NCBI GenBank assembly: GCA_964016885.1
Contig: OZ024761.1
Span: 16,678,001 to 16,742,000, forward strand
From: Eledone cirrhosa
Lineage: Eukaryota
DNA length: 64,000 nt
Direction: 5' to 3'
This document shows, one piece after another, positions 1 through 12,224 of this stretch. Both the position numbers and the translations under genes were made by a program. Numbering within the stretch: position 1 is the stretch's first letter; each line of letters begins with the position of its first letter. Below the pieces are notes generated by a model. It was not told the DNA's origin, made no database searches, and saw nothing but the letters and a program-made list of their open reading frames with translations.

Positions 1-47
1 ATATATATATATATAGAGAGAGAGAGAGGGGGTGAGGGATGAATGGA

Positions 48-189
48 TATTGAATCTGAGATTTTGATATTATTTATTTTGAGAACAATACCTTAACATC
101 AGTATGAGCGGCAAGTTAGGGCCGGTTTGAATAGAAAGAAGTGAGAGAATCCTGGCCGGATATGACCAGTTTAAATGCTAAAGGGTTAA
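48..189 (+). mobile_element. End of a MITE-like dispersed repeat terminating in TAAAGGGTTAA (piggyBac-like TTAA end)
   Basis: Copies at ~55444-55667 (+) and 39740-39870 (-); left part also at 824-834 + 1205-1290. Confidence 0.6.
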
Positions 190-241
190 TAGAGACTCTC
201 TTCCCCTCTTTCCCTCCCTCATTCTGTTTTCTTCTCTTCAG

Positions 242-386
242 GGTGATTGTTCTACCAACATCCGACGACATTGCTCTCAACTCTAAATACATGGCTTTCA
301 TTACATCTGAGAAAGTTGGTCTCCAGGTTCTACCAATTGATGGGAACAGACATACATCTACAGCCCTCATTGCTCATCCTGATGGT
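242..386 (+). CDS. CFAP251: CFAP251/WDR66 internal exon (gene begins upstream of the window)
   Basis: Polypyrimidine + AG at 240-241, GTAAGT at 387; encodes VIVLPTSDDIALNSKYMAFITSEKVGLQVLPIDGNRHTSTALIAHPDG, resembling the WDR66 KVGL..LP.DGN motif. Confidence 0.88.
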
Positions 387-469
387 GTAAGTATGGTTAC
401 TAGTGTGATGATAATGATGATGATGATGTTGATAACTAGCTCTAGTGTAGCAATGATGTTATGTTGTAG

Positions 470-561
470 GTTGCTAACATAGCCGCCAGCCATGATGGGA
501 AATATTTGTTCACAACCAGCAAAAAGGATGCTTCGTTACATATGTGGAATATTAATGTAAG
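470..561 (+). CDS. CFAP251: CFAP251 exon (last WD40 repeat)
   Basis: TAG|GTT acceptor, AG|GTAGGT donor; VANIAASHDGKYLFTTSKKDASLHMWNINV; phases fit both neighbours. Confidence 0.88.
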
Positions 562-630
562 GTAGGTCTACACTCTCCTTTGAATTAATTAACCTTTTCT
601 ACACCAAACTGCTTAGCATATACCTTAACC

Positions 631-816
631 CAGGCATGTCAAACTGAGGCTACCCCGAGGGCCATATAGGTCACATGTGTTGTCTGAGGGCTACACATGA
701 CAATAATTTGCACACATTACAACTAATATTTTTTATTTTATATTATGCTTGTGCTGTAAAAGCCTATGTGTGGGCCACAGGTGTGCTCGTAAAGGGCTGC
801 ATGTTTGACATGCCTG
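631..816. mobile_element. hAT-type MITE
   Basis: 14-bp TIR CAGGCATGTCAAAC/GTTTGACATGCCTG; 8-bp TSD CCTTAACC/CCTTAAGC. Confidence 0.8.
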
Positions 817-834
817 CCTTAAGCCTTTAGCATT

Positions 835-1204
835 CCCATTCATCATCAGGTCGAGCTTGCTCGGCTTTCTACGACACGTTTCCTCCATCCATCTCTGTCT
901 CTCATAGCATTTGCCAGTTCTTCCGCAGTGCATCCAGTATGGTCCTCAAGTTGCTTGACGTATGTCTTCTTGGGACGACCAGCGTTTCTTGCTCCATGAG
1001 ATGGACTCCATAACAACACATCACCTGCTATTTCGTCGAAACTGGAGAAAAAGCTAGATGGGGCATACACACGTATGCTCCGTGCTGCTTTAAATGTGTC
1101 TTGGAGGGAACACCCAACAAATAAGGTTCTCTATGGCAATATACCACCTATCAGCAGGTCAATACGTGGACAGAGACTCAGATTTGCTGGCCACTGTTGG
1201 CGCA
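835..1204 (-). mobile_element. RTE-like LINE 3' fragment with 5' inversion
   Basis: 846-1037 (-) DEIAGDVLLW..GRPKKTY..RDRDGWR + (TGA)n tail; 1038-1203 (+) LDGAYTRMLRAALNVSW..RLRFAGHCWR. Confidence 0.85.
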
Positions 1205-1574
1205 TTTACATTTCTCTATATTTACTATTGTATTTTCACAGAAAAAGCTCTATCTCACAGTATAAGTACCAGCATAATAAATATTAGTTGTAATGTGCGC
1301 AATTTTGTGTCATGTTGTCATGTTGTCAATATTGCCAATATTCTCATCAAGAATCTTACAAAACAAATACATAAAGATGTATAATTCTGGCAATATTATA
1401 ACAATATGACCCTCCCCAAATATAACACTATATAAATATATACATACACATATCATCATTATCATCATTTTTACGTCCGCTTCTCCATACTTGCACGGGT
1501 TGGACAGATATATATATATATATATACGGGTGTGTGTCAGTGTGTATACATATATCTACATATATAAATTTATC

Positions 1575-1606
<32 letters not shown>

Positions 1607-1978
1607 TGATATGTATATATATATATATATATTTATATATGTGTATGTGTGTGTTGGTATATATATATATATATACCAACACACACATATATATAAATCT
1701 CTCTATATATATATATGATAAATTTATATATGATTAGGAAAATCTGCTTCGTAGAATCAAGACGTATCTGAGGACCTTGAGATTTTCAGAGTCAGGTTCG
1801 ATCATCACATCGATCGTTCTTCGCGCTGGTCGCCAGAGAAATGATTGTAATATGTTCAATAAATTCCATTCATCGCAACACTGATTCTCTTTTTTTCTGT
1901 GATATCATACTCTGCTCTATGAGAGCATAGAGTGCTCAAACGGCCTACCACATACGGACGCTTTAAGCATCCAACACC

Positions 1979-2060
<82 letters not shown>

Positions 2061-2065
<5 letters not shown>

Positions 2066-2265
2066 AACCAGTAAGACCCCGACAGCTGAGCTCAAGCCGT
2101 TTCGACGGCTAATTCTGGACAGAATTAGTCCAGAATTAGCCGTCGAAACGGCTTGAGCTCAGCTGTCGGGGTCTTACTGGTTCCTATTACCCACTCTACT
2201 ACCTCAAGTATTGAGTACTTTGGTGCGTTATGGTCCACCTGGTTCCTTACCACATTTCCTTCGTT
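2061..2265 (+). mobile_element. Family A hairpin element (60-bp perfect arms, 7-nt loop, ~78-bp tail)
   Basis: 2061-2120 inverted to 2128-2187; flanked by (TA)n; relatives at 11009-11131, 31523-31657 and 10830-10970. Confidence 0.65.
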
Positions 2266-2298
2266 ATATATATATATATTTGTTATTATATTCCCCAG

Positions 2299-2427
2299 TG
2301 CCTTAGAAGCCCAAGTGAAACTTGGTGGAGAAGACCTGACTCCCTTCTATGAAATGATCGAGGGTGGAAGAGACGGAGAAATATTTCAAGACCTTGAAAA
2401 ATATTTCTACTTTTCCCAGCTCAGAGG
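2299..2427 (+). CDS. CFAP251: CFAP251 exon
   Basis: CCCCAG acceptor, GTAAGT donor; [42 protein letters not shown] closely recalls vertebrate WDR66. Confidence 0.93.
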
Positions 2428-2539
2428 GTAAGTTCCTTTCATTCCTCTCTCTGGTTTCTACCAGATTCATTGCGTATCATTACCGTCAGACTGATTGATT
2501 TCATTACAGATGTCAATAATTAATAGATTATTCTAATGT

Positions 2540-3838
2540 AGCATTATAGAAAACTTTGCTACAGCATGTTATGGAAGGTTATAGTACTGTAGTGTGTCAT
2601 AGAAGTCTATAGTAATGTAGTGTTATAGAATGCTATAGTAATGTAATGTTATAGAAGGCTATAGTAATGTAATGCTATAGAATGCTATAGTAATGTAATG
2701 TTATAGAAGGCTATAGTAATGTAGTGTTATAGAAGGCTATAGTAATGTAGTGTGTCATAGAAGGCTATAGTAATGTAGTGTGTTATAGAAGGCTATAGTA
2801 ATGTAATGTTATAGAATGCTATAGTAATGTAATGTTATAGAATGCTATAGTAATGTAATGTTATAGAAGGCTATAGTAATGTAATGTTATAGAAGGCTAT
2901 AGTAATGTAATGTTATAGAAGGCTATAGTAATGTAGTGTTATAGAAGGCTATAGTAATGTAGTGTGTCATAGAAGGCTATAGTAATGTAATGTTATAGAA
3001 TGCTATAGTAATGTAATGTTATAGAATGCTATAGTAATGTAGTGTTATAGAATGCTATAGTAATGTAATGTTATAGAAGGCTATAGTAATGTAGTGTTAT
3101 AGAATGCTATAGTAATGTAGTGTGTCATAGAAGTCTATAGTAATGTAATGTTATAGAATGCTATAGTAATGTAATGTTATAGAATGCTATAGTAATGTAG
3201 TGTTATAGAATGCTATAGTAATGTAGTGTGTCATAGAAGTCTATAGTAATGTAATGTTATAGAATGCTATAGTAATGTAGTGTGTCATAGAAGGCTATAG
3301 TAATGTAATGTTATAGAATGCTATAGTAATGTAGTGTGTCATAGAAGTCTATAGTAATGTAATGTTATAGAATGCTATAGTAATGTAGTGTGTCATAGAA
3401 GTCTATAGTAATGTAATGTTATAGAATGCTATAGTAATGTAATGCTATAGAATGCTATAGTAATGTAATGTTATAGAATGCTATAGTAATGTAATGTTAT
3501 AGAATGCTATAGTAATGTAGTGTTATAGAATGCTATAGTAATGTAGTGTGTCATAGAAGTCTATAGTAATGTAATGTTATAGAATGCTATAGTAATGTAA
3601 TGTTATAGAATGCTATAGTAATGTAATGTTATAGAATGCTATAGTAAGGTAATGTTATAGAATGCTATAGTAATGTAGTGTTATAGAATGCTATAGTAAT
3701 GTAGTGTGTCATAGAATGCTATAGTAATGTAATGTTATAGAATGCTATAGTAATGTAATGTTATCGAAGGCTATAGTACTGTAGTGTGTCATAGAAGGCT
3801 ATAGTACTGTAGACTACAGTTTTATAGAAAGCTATAGC
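2540..3838. repeat. 26/28-bp minisatellite (ATAGTAATGTAATGTTATAGAATGCT)n
   Basis: Direct tandem array in a CFAP251 intron. Confidence 0.95.
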
Positions 3839-4004
3839 GGTAGCTGATCAATCATTAGATGCCAAATAATAATAATAACAATGAGAAAAATATGAAAATG
3901 TTACCTTAGAAATATTTAATTACTTCTTATAATTCAGGTAAAAATAACCTCTGACCTGTCTTCCTACCTGACCTCTGACCTCTATTTCTTTCCATATCCA
4001 CCAG

Positions 4005-4110
4005 TGCTGGTATTAACTCAATGGAAGCCAGGCCAGTGGCCTCAACAATTCCAGTCAATGAAATACCTTATGTGTTGAGGGCTATGGGCTACTACCCAAC
4101 TGAAGAGGAG
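4005..4110 (+). CDS. CFAP251: CFAP251 exon (EF-hand-like region)
   Basis: CCAG acceptor, GTAAGC donor; AGINSMEARPVASTIPVNEIPYVLRAMGYYPTEEE. Confidence 0.93.
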
Positions 4111-5158
4111 GTAAGCTTATTGATGTTGTTAATTATGGAGTAGTGCAGGGGAGGGGAGACTGAGTATTGTGACCTATTCTAGGTGCAAATTCCATGGTTA
4201 GATTTGACCAAAGGGGGCTTAAGAAGGTGTTGTGGCACCAGTACAACCACATTACAGGGTGAACTGGGTGTTTTTTTGTTGTTGCTCTCCATGTTGGCAT
4301 ACAAAGAATGGGAGTGCCTCTCTTTCCAAGCTGGTATGTATATATGTGTATGTATGTATGTATGTGTGTATGTACGTATGTGTATGTATGTGTTTATATG
4401 TATGTATGTGTGTGTATATATGTATATTTGTGTGTATGTATGTGTGTATGGATGCATGTGTGTGTGTATGTGTATGTATGTATGTGTGTCTGTTGCTCTT
4501 TTCTTCTTTTCGGGTTATAGCTACTGTCGCTCAGAGAGTGGGATTGGCTCAGTGCACAGTCTTTCCTCACTTTAAAAAAATATCTTCACGCACAGGCATT
4601 GCATGATAGAATTAATTAATAATGGTATATCATGTAATGGCCATACTCAATAACGAGGGGGGCAGCCATCATGTATGTATGTATGGGTCAACATTGTCTT
4701 TTATCCTTTGAAGGTCGATAAAAAAAGTACCAGTCCAGTACTGGGGGTTGATTCTTCCTCTATAGAAAAAAAAAGCGGCTGTGTTCAGACCTGGAGAGGG
4801 TTGGGTTCTGCCAGGTTTAAATGCGCCCTAGACATACTGTATGACGGTGCCTGTACAATTCCATAAGGAGTTATGGGATCTTTATCCTTATATGTATGTG
4901 TATATCCTTCAACAATGTACAAATGATGTAAACAACAGTGGTAAATGAAAAGCAAACCCACATGCTTTTTATACAAAGTCCTCTGTCATATTTGTTCTGC
5001 ACCAGGTTATAGATACTCCCTTGTCACTTTCGCCACCCAAAGTGCTTTCACCACTATTGTTTACCAACTGCCATATTGAATAAATATATAAACAGAATAT
5101 TATATTTTACAAAATTATAACAAAACCTAATTAAGTCTGTATTTCTCCATTTGTTAAG

Positions 5159-5249
5159 TTGGCCAACATTAAGAACGAAGTAAAATTTACTAATTATGTT
5201 GACACGGAGACATTCAAAGAAGAAATCAATATTGGCGAGTTTCTGAAAT
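5159..5249 (+). CDS. CFAP251: CFAP251 exon
   Basis: AAG acceptor, GTAAGT donor; LANIKNEVKFTNYVDTETFKEEINIGEFLK; phase 0 in, phase 1 out. Confidence 0.88.
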
Positions 5250-5310
5250 GTAAGTTCCAGTTTATTTAACTAACTAACTATCTGTCTGTCTGTCTATTTA
5301 ACTATCTATC

Positions 5311-5775
5311 TGAAAGGTGGGTGAAAGTGTCGAGAATGGCCCGAGTGAATGGGCCTTCTCTCTATATCAGCCTGTAGGTTGAGGAAAAGGAGGAGGAGAG
5401 GAAAGGGTACAAACTCTTCGTACTCCTGGAGATGAGGGTTGCACATGTTTTCGGGGGTATGTGTTACCCATATGAAATGTCTCCCCCTATTGGGGAAAAT
5501 CGATTAATTTTTAAATTGCATTTGTGATAGTATTTTACACGTTTTTATTGTATGTAAACTTCCCCCTTTGTATTTGTCCCCTTCTTTTGTGCCCCTGTGG
5601 CTAATAAAGAAACATATCTATCTGTCTGTATGTCTGTCTGTATGTTTGTATGTCTGCCTGTCAGTCTATTTAACTATGTCTGTCTGTTTGTTTAACTATT
5701 TATCTGTCTATCTATATATCTATCTATCTATTGTCCCCTTCTTTTGTGCCCCTGTGGCTAATAAAGAAACATATC
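5311..5775 (+). mobile_element. 3' end fragment of the same Tx1-like family, with a duplicated terminus
   Basis: GAAAGGTGGGTGAAAGTG..GTGAATGGGCCTTCTCT matches the ORF end near 58225-58272; terminus GTGGCTAATAAAGAAACATATCTATC at ~5597 and again at ~5754. Confidence 0.85.
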
Positions 5776-6088
5776 TATCTATAAGTCTGCCTATCTATCT
5801 GTCTGTCTGTCTTTCTATCTATCTGTCCATCTATCTATATATCTGTCTATCTATTTAACTATCTATCTAACTATTTGTCTATATAGCTATCTATCTGTCT
5901 GTCTGTCTATTTATCTATCTGTCTATCTGTCTATATATCTATCTGTCTCTATATCTATCTATTCATCTATCTGTCTATTTATCTATCTGTATGTCTATAT
6001 ATGTATCTGTCTATCTATCTACCTACCTACCTGTCTGTCTCTTTATTTATCTAATATCTATCCATCTACATATATATCTATCTGTTTA

Positions 6089-6147
<59 letters not shown>

Positions 6148-6423
6148 ATTTATATATATATATTTATTTTTATAGTGGTCTACCCTTCGTGGTATGTCTA
6201 CTCTTGTATCTACTCTGTTTATATACTACCAATAAAGCTTCTAACTTCATTCTTTCCGAAGAAGATGGTCTGATCGAACCTATATATGAAGTCTGATAGA
6301 ATACAGTTATATAACTGCTATAGATCAGTCAATATGTCATATGATCAACCCACCAAAACGATCATAAAACAAGATGAATAGGTAAAATAACTTGACTTTG
6401 TTGTTAATATTTTCATTGTTAAA

Positions 6424-6612
6424 GGCGGTGGATTGGCAGTATCGGTAGAAGGTCGGACGCCATGCTTTCCAGCATAGTTACGTCCCTTTACGATCTGAGT
6501 TCAAATCCTGCTGAGGTTGACTTTGCCTTTCATCTTTACGGGGTCGATAAAATAAAGTACCAGTAATGCACTGGGTAATTGCTGGCCTTGTGCCTAAAGT
6601 AGAAACAATTAT
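6424..6612 (+). mobile_element. tRNA-derived SINE, type 1, with TSD
   Basis: A-box-like TGGCAGTATCGG, B-box GAGTTCAAATCC; TSD ATTTTCATTGTTAAA on both sides. Confidence 0.88.
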
Positions 6613-6776
6613 TTTCATTGTTAAATTAATACCTAATATATATGTGTATATATATATATACATATATATTAGGTATTAATTTGATCATATTGACATATTG
6701 ACTGATCTATAGCAGTTATATAACTGTATACTATCAGACATCATATATAGGTATATATATATATGTGTGTGTAAAT

Positions 6777-6834
<58 letters not shown>

Positions 6835-6936
6835 AATTTCTTATATAATTGCTAAATGCTACAAACATTCACTAATATAAACACTAAATAATCTGGTATT
6901 ATTCTGTTCTATATAATATATTGATATATCAACCAG

Positions 6937-7077
6937 TGTTAATCAACCATCGTCCGTTAGTGCCTCCCTCTACTGAACAGTTACAATGGGCCTTTGACAT
7001 CCTTGCTACATGTGAAGATCAGGATGGTAGAGTTGCTTTGACAACAGAAGAACTATTAGATATATTACAGACTGAAG
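6937..7077 (+). CDS. CFAP251: CFAP251 exon
   Basis: CCAG acceptor, GTAAAC donor; LINHRPLVPPSTEQLQWAFDILATCEDQDGRVALTTEELLDILQTEG. Confidence 0.9.
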
Positions 7078-7290
7078 GTAAACAAATATTGTTTCTTATA
7101 GGGAAAGGTAAAGGCTGTAGGGTCACAGAAGAAAGGGGGGAGGAATGGGCTCTAGGCCTAGGGCACGGCAGTATTGGGGCTGCATCCTAGACCTAGATTT
7201 GTTTTTTATTGTTATTGTTGTTAATGCCATTGTTGTTGTTACCCAGTTTTCTGCAGAAACCTTTCTCTACTAAATCTTGTTCTACTCCAG

Positions 7291-7490
7291 GTGAACATAT
7301 CAAATCTGATGAGTTGTGTGAGATTCTGGCACAACTGAGCTTGCCGGATACTTCCGAAACAGAGATGCATAAAAACAAGCACCTCACACGAGAGGAAATG
7401 GTCCGTCGGATCTGTGACACTCTACCGGACCTTTTCACAGCCCCAGTTTTTGCAGCAAAATTCCTTGGTTTACTAGAACTCGAATTTTAA
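7291..7490 (+). CDS. CFAP251: CFAP251 terminal coding exon
   Basis: CTCCAG acceptor; EHIKSDELCEILAQL...LPDLFTAPVFAAKFLGLLELEF then TAA. Confidence 0.9.
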
Positions 7491-7533
7491 TTCCACGAAT
7501 ATCTCTCACGATTTTTTTTTCCATTTTGAAATT

Positions 7534-7561
7534 AATAAAATATTTATCCACTTAGAATAAA
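7534..7561 (+). promoter_or_regulatory. Candidate polyadenylation signals of CFAP251
   Basis: AATAAA at 7534 and 7556, shortly after the stop codon. Confidence 0.55.
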
Positions 7562-8018
7562 TAGTTTAAATAATAAAAATATCAATCTAACAATGAACTG
7601 TTGTTGCTGGTGGTGGTGGTGGTGGTGGTGGTGGAATTGCTGTTGTTGTTGTTGTTATTGTTGGTAGTGGTAGCCGCTGATTTCTATCCTTCAAGGTAAA
7701 GTTTTACCCAACGCTGCTTCAACAGCATCTTGCTGTTTTAACAGCTTCCTTATGCCAAGTTTTTTCATTTTCCTACAAATTCTAATACATTCACGTCTCA
7801 AAACTTAATGTTTGAGTTAATTTTGTTTATATATATATATAATAGTTTATATATATTGTTATACTTTGGGAGGGTCATGTTGCCAATAAGAAACACACGC
7901 ACCAGTTGCTTTCACTTCAATTTATTATATATTTATAAATTTATAAATTTACAAATTTACAAACTTATAAATTTCTGGTTGGTTGGTTGGTTCCACAACC
8001 AGATAGTTGTTTATATAT

Positions 8019-8063
8019 AGTCATAGTCCTTTCGTCACACTCTCTGTGACCTCTTCAGTGACT
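8019..8063 (-). ncRNA. Hammerhead-like fold (inverted twin of 8344-8388)
   Basis: Reverse-complement copy on the left hairpin arm. Confidence 0.65.
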
Positions 8064-8343
8064 GGGGATTCCTTTCTTTGTTTCTGTGCCTTTCCTTTCT
8101 TCTATCCTACGCCATTTTGTTTCTGTGTGTGTGTTGTGTGCTCAGTTTGCGCATGCGCCACATCCGGGTGTCTGTGTGTATTTGTGTTCATTTATCTAAA
8201 TAAACAAATAGATAAATGAACACAAACACACACAGACACCCGGATGTGGCGCATGCGCAAACTGAGCACACAACACACACACAGAAACAAAATGGCGTAG
8301 GATAGAAGAAAGGAAAGGCACAGAAACAAAGAAAGGAATCCCC

Positions 8344-8388
8344 AGTCACTGAAGAGGTCACAGAGTGTGTGACGAAAGGACTATGACT
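8344..8388 (+). ncRNA. Type I hammerhead-like fold with one extra G after the core
   Basis: Stem I AGTCA/TGACT; CTGAAGA; G; GTCAC/GTGAC; GAAA-GGAC-TA. Confidence 0.65.
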
Positions 8389-8651
8389 ATATATAAACAA
8401 CTATCTGGTTGTGGAACCAACCAACCAACCAGAAATTTATAAGTTTGTAAATTTGTAAATTTATAAATTTATAAATATATAATAAATTGAAGTGAAAGCA
8501 ACTGGTGCGTGTGTTTCTTATTGGCAACATGACCCTCCCAAAGTATAACAATATCGGTTTCAACACACTATTTCAGATAAAGAATCTTGCTAAACAAATT
8601 CAGAAACGAAAGTTTATATATATATAATAGTTTATATATATATATATATAT

Positions 8652-9262
8652 ACGTGAACGACAAAGCATAAATGAATTGAGAGAGAGACTGAGCATAAGA
8701 GGAATCAAATGCTGTGTGCAGGAGAGGCGGTTGCGCTGGTATGGACATGTGATGCGTATGAAGGATGACAGCTGCATAAAAAGGTGCAGAGCACTAGAAG
8801 TTGATGGAAACCGCGGAGTGGGGAGACCCAAGATGACCTGGGATGAGGTGATAAAAGCCGACCTTACCCAATTACACCTCTCAAAGATGATGACACGCGA
8901 CCGTGACCTCTGGCGTCACGCAGTAATACAGAGTACCTGACCTCCCATGGGTACAAGCTGAAGCATATAGACAATATGCCCCCACACCCCCCACTGCAAG
9001 GTGGTCGTGGAGGTGCCACGGCAAAAAAGCACCCAGCCCACACTGTAAAGTGGACGTGTAGGCGCCACGAAAAAGCACCCAGCACTCACTGTAAATGAGG
9101 TTGGTGTTAGGAAGGGCATCCAGCTGTAGAAATCAAGCCAGAATCAGTTCCTGTATGAGCAAGGCATGGTCAGCCGACCAGACACTGCCCACAACAGGAC
9201 AACCCGTCTAACCCATGCTAGCGTGGAAGAACGGACGTAAAACGGTGATGATGATGATGATA
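8652..9262 (+). mobile_element. RTE-clade LINE 3' fragment with 3' UTR and (GAT)n tail
   Basis: RRLRWYGHVMRM..GRPKMTWDEVIKADL..DRDLWR, then a SINE-shared tail ending GGACGTAAAACGGTGATGATG. Confidence 0.88.
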
Positions 9263-9264
9263 AT

Positions 9265-9762
9265 CTATGGAAGCTGTGGAGTGAGGAGACCCGGGAAGAC
9301 TTGGGGCAAGGTGATAAAAGATTACTTTGTCCAATGGCACCTCTCTAAGGTGATGACACACGACCAAAATCTCAGGCATTACACAGTATTACAGAAGACC
9401 AGACTTCCCAGGCCACAGGGTGAGATTGAAGCATATATATAGTATGCACCAACCCACCTCACACACTCCCGTACATATCCTAAGCGGAGGTATACATCCA
9501 GTGAAGCCTCCAGCCCACACTGTAAAGTGGTTGTGTTGGTGTCACAGCAAAAAGTACCCAGTCTTCACTGTAAAGCACCCAATACTCACTGTAAATGAGG
9601 TTGGCGCTAGGAAGGGCCTCCAGCTGTAGAAACCAATCCAAAATTGGTTCTGTATGAGCAAGACATGGCCACCTGACCTGGCATTTCTCACAACTGGATA
9701 ACTCGTCTAACCCATGCCAGAGTGGAAACATGGACGTTAAACAGTGATGATAATGATAATCA
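9265..9762 (+). mobile_element. Second, older RTE 3' fragment in tandem
   Basis: RRPGKTWGKVIK..HDQNLR, then the same tail. Confidence 0.8.
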
Positions 9763-10384
9763 TGTATATATAGGAATAGTATTGTTGTTGGGGATAACAT
9801 CCTTTATCCGCCCTTAAATCGACTCAATATTTGACTGCTACTTATTTTAACGAACCAACCCATAGGGGTGAACGATAAATTTGACTGCAGACTATAAAAA
9901 CCTGGAATTAAATATTGTAAGGGATTTTTGTCAGTTACATTAATTATTCTGTCAATTCACCGCCAGTGTAATGTATGATTTTAAAGTATGGAGTTACCTC
10001 CCTTTATTTTCTGAGCTCAAATTCTATTCTATGATGACTAAACATGAAACTAAATATTTATGATGTCGATCTACTCATTTGTTCCTTTATCCACAAAACT
10101 TGCAGCTTCGTACCAAAATTAATTCGAATTTTCAGCTTTGTTGCTCTACTATCTCTTTCATATTTATATCATTTAGAAATGACTTCTAGGAGGCTACAGT
10201 TGTTTCAAAACACCAGATTAGAAATATATATATTATATATCGTGTCCCTACACTGAGCCGTTTATCCACTATTTAATGTAGAGTGTACAATCTGGTTTGC
10301 AAATTCCTATTTACAACACGCGACCTTTGAGTGAGTGGATGGCGGTTGGGTTAGGCTTAACCTAAACATAGCTCATTATATATA

Positions 10385-10760
10385 TTTGTTTCTACTTTTG
10401 GCACAAGGCCAGCAATTACCCAGTGCATTACTGGTACTTTATTTTATCGACCCCGTAAGGATGAAAGGCAAAGTTAACCTAGGCGGTATTTGAACTCAGA
10501 ATGGCAAGGGCCGTAACTCTATGAATCAAAGCATGGCGTCCAACCCTCTACCGATACTGCCAATTCACTCATTATATATAATTGTTTCTATTTTAGGCAC
10601 AAGGCCAGCAATTACCCAGTACATTACTGGTACTTTATTTTATCGACCCCGTAAGGATGAAAGGCAAAGTTAACCTCGGCGGGATTTGAACTCAGATCAT
10701 AAAGGGACGTAACTCTATGCTTCAAAGCATAGTGTCCGACTCTCTACCGATACTGTCAAT
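10385..10760 (-). mobile_element. Two tandem type 1 SINEs
   Basis: Reverse complement of 6424-6612, twice. Confidence 0.85.
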
Positions 10761-10970
10761 ATATATACAAGCAAGCGTGGAAGATGGACGTTAAACGATG
10801 ATGATGATGATATATATAATATATATATATATCAGGATGGATTCAGTTTGAAACCGGTTAGACCATTACTCAACAGAATACTGGATAGTTGGGCTAGTAG
10901 AGTGTGGTTATATTATAAAGAGTCGGAACCCGATGGCTGAGCTCTTGGTATTTCAACAGCTAGTACGAGG

Positions 10971-11008
<38 letters not shown>

Positions 11009-11013
<5 letters not shown>

Positions 11014-11131
11014 AACGAGTAGGACCCCGACGTCTGAGCTCAAGCCGTTTCGACGGCTAATTCTGGACTAAAATGTACGAGTACTTTGGTGCGTTATGGT
11101 CCACCTGGTTCCTTACCACATTTCCTTCGTT
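11009..11131 (+). mobile_element. Family A copy (inverted arm + tail only)
   Basis: Matches 2061-2120 then 2213-2265. Confidence 0.65.
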
Positions 11132-11265
11132 ATATATATATGTGTGTGTGTATATATAGCACCCCAAACACTTAAATTGGGTTTATACTAACAAACCTAA
11201 TGTTTGTTGAGTGAGATGGTTACCAGTCGGAGTTTAGCTTAAAGCTATCTCTGTTATTGTATTAA

Positions 11266-11309
<44 letters not shown>

Positions 11310-11344
11310 TCACACACACACACACACGCATGATTGATATATAA

Positions 11345-11534
11345 TGCGGTGGATTGGCAGTATCGGTAGAGGGTCGGACGCCATGCTTTCCACCATAGTT
11401 ACGTCCCTTTACGATCTGAGTTCAAATCCCGCCGAGGTTGACTTTGCCTTTCATCCTTACGGGGTCGATAAAATAAAGTACCAGTAATGCACTGGGTAAT
11501 TGCTGGCCTTGTGCCTAAAGTAGAAACAATTATT
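11345..11534 (+). mobile_element. Type 1 SINE (an older copy follows at ~11885-12078)
   Basis: Near-identical to 6424-6612. Confidence 0.88.
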
Positions 11535-12224
11535 GATATATAATTGTTTATATTATTGATATATATATATATATGGAGGGAGAGAGAATGACAATGAAAG
11601 GATTTCTAAAATGAAAAATTTTAGATATTTTTCTCTGTGACTCCTTTTGTTTCTGCTATTATTTTGTTTTTCTGTGGTACAAAGAAGTACAAATAGTCAT
11701 TAAGACATTTTATTCATCTTACATGTGTTTCAACAAGAATGAGAGAGAATAAAATACAAATGACGAAAAAAAACCTTGCTCAAGTCCATTATACAGACAC
11801 ACAAAAATGTGTCTGTATGTTATAATCTGAGCTTTGACTCAAGGAATTTGGTATTAATCATTAATATAGATATGTATGTACGAAGGGCGGTGGAGTGACA
11901 GAATCGATAGACCTTTGGGTAAGATGCCATTGCGGTATTTGTTCTGCTTCTTTACATTCTGAGTTCAAATACTTTACCAATCAAGTACTGTGTGTGTGTG
12001 GGGGGGGGGGGGTTATTTAATCAGCTTCGCCATCCTTTCAAATTTGCTGGCCTTGTGTCTAAATTAGAAATCAACAATAGGTGTATATATACATATATTA
12101 AATGTTGTCACTTTAATAAACAGTGGACAAGGTTTCATCCTTCACCGGTCAGACGGTGCAAAATTATCGGAAGGCGTCATTCGCGTTTGAAAGGAAAAAG
12201 GAAAATAATTTATTTGTGGTTGAA

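Larger units (their letters stand above)
7853..8612 (+). mobile_element. Penelope-like pLTR remnant, family C: ~345-bp inverted arms, 10-nt loop, ~58-bp tail
   Basis: 7853-8198 is the reverse complement of 8209-8554 with few mismatches; hammerhead-like motif in each arm; (TA)n flanks. Confidence 0.7.
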
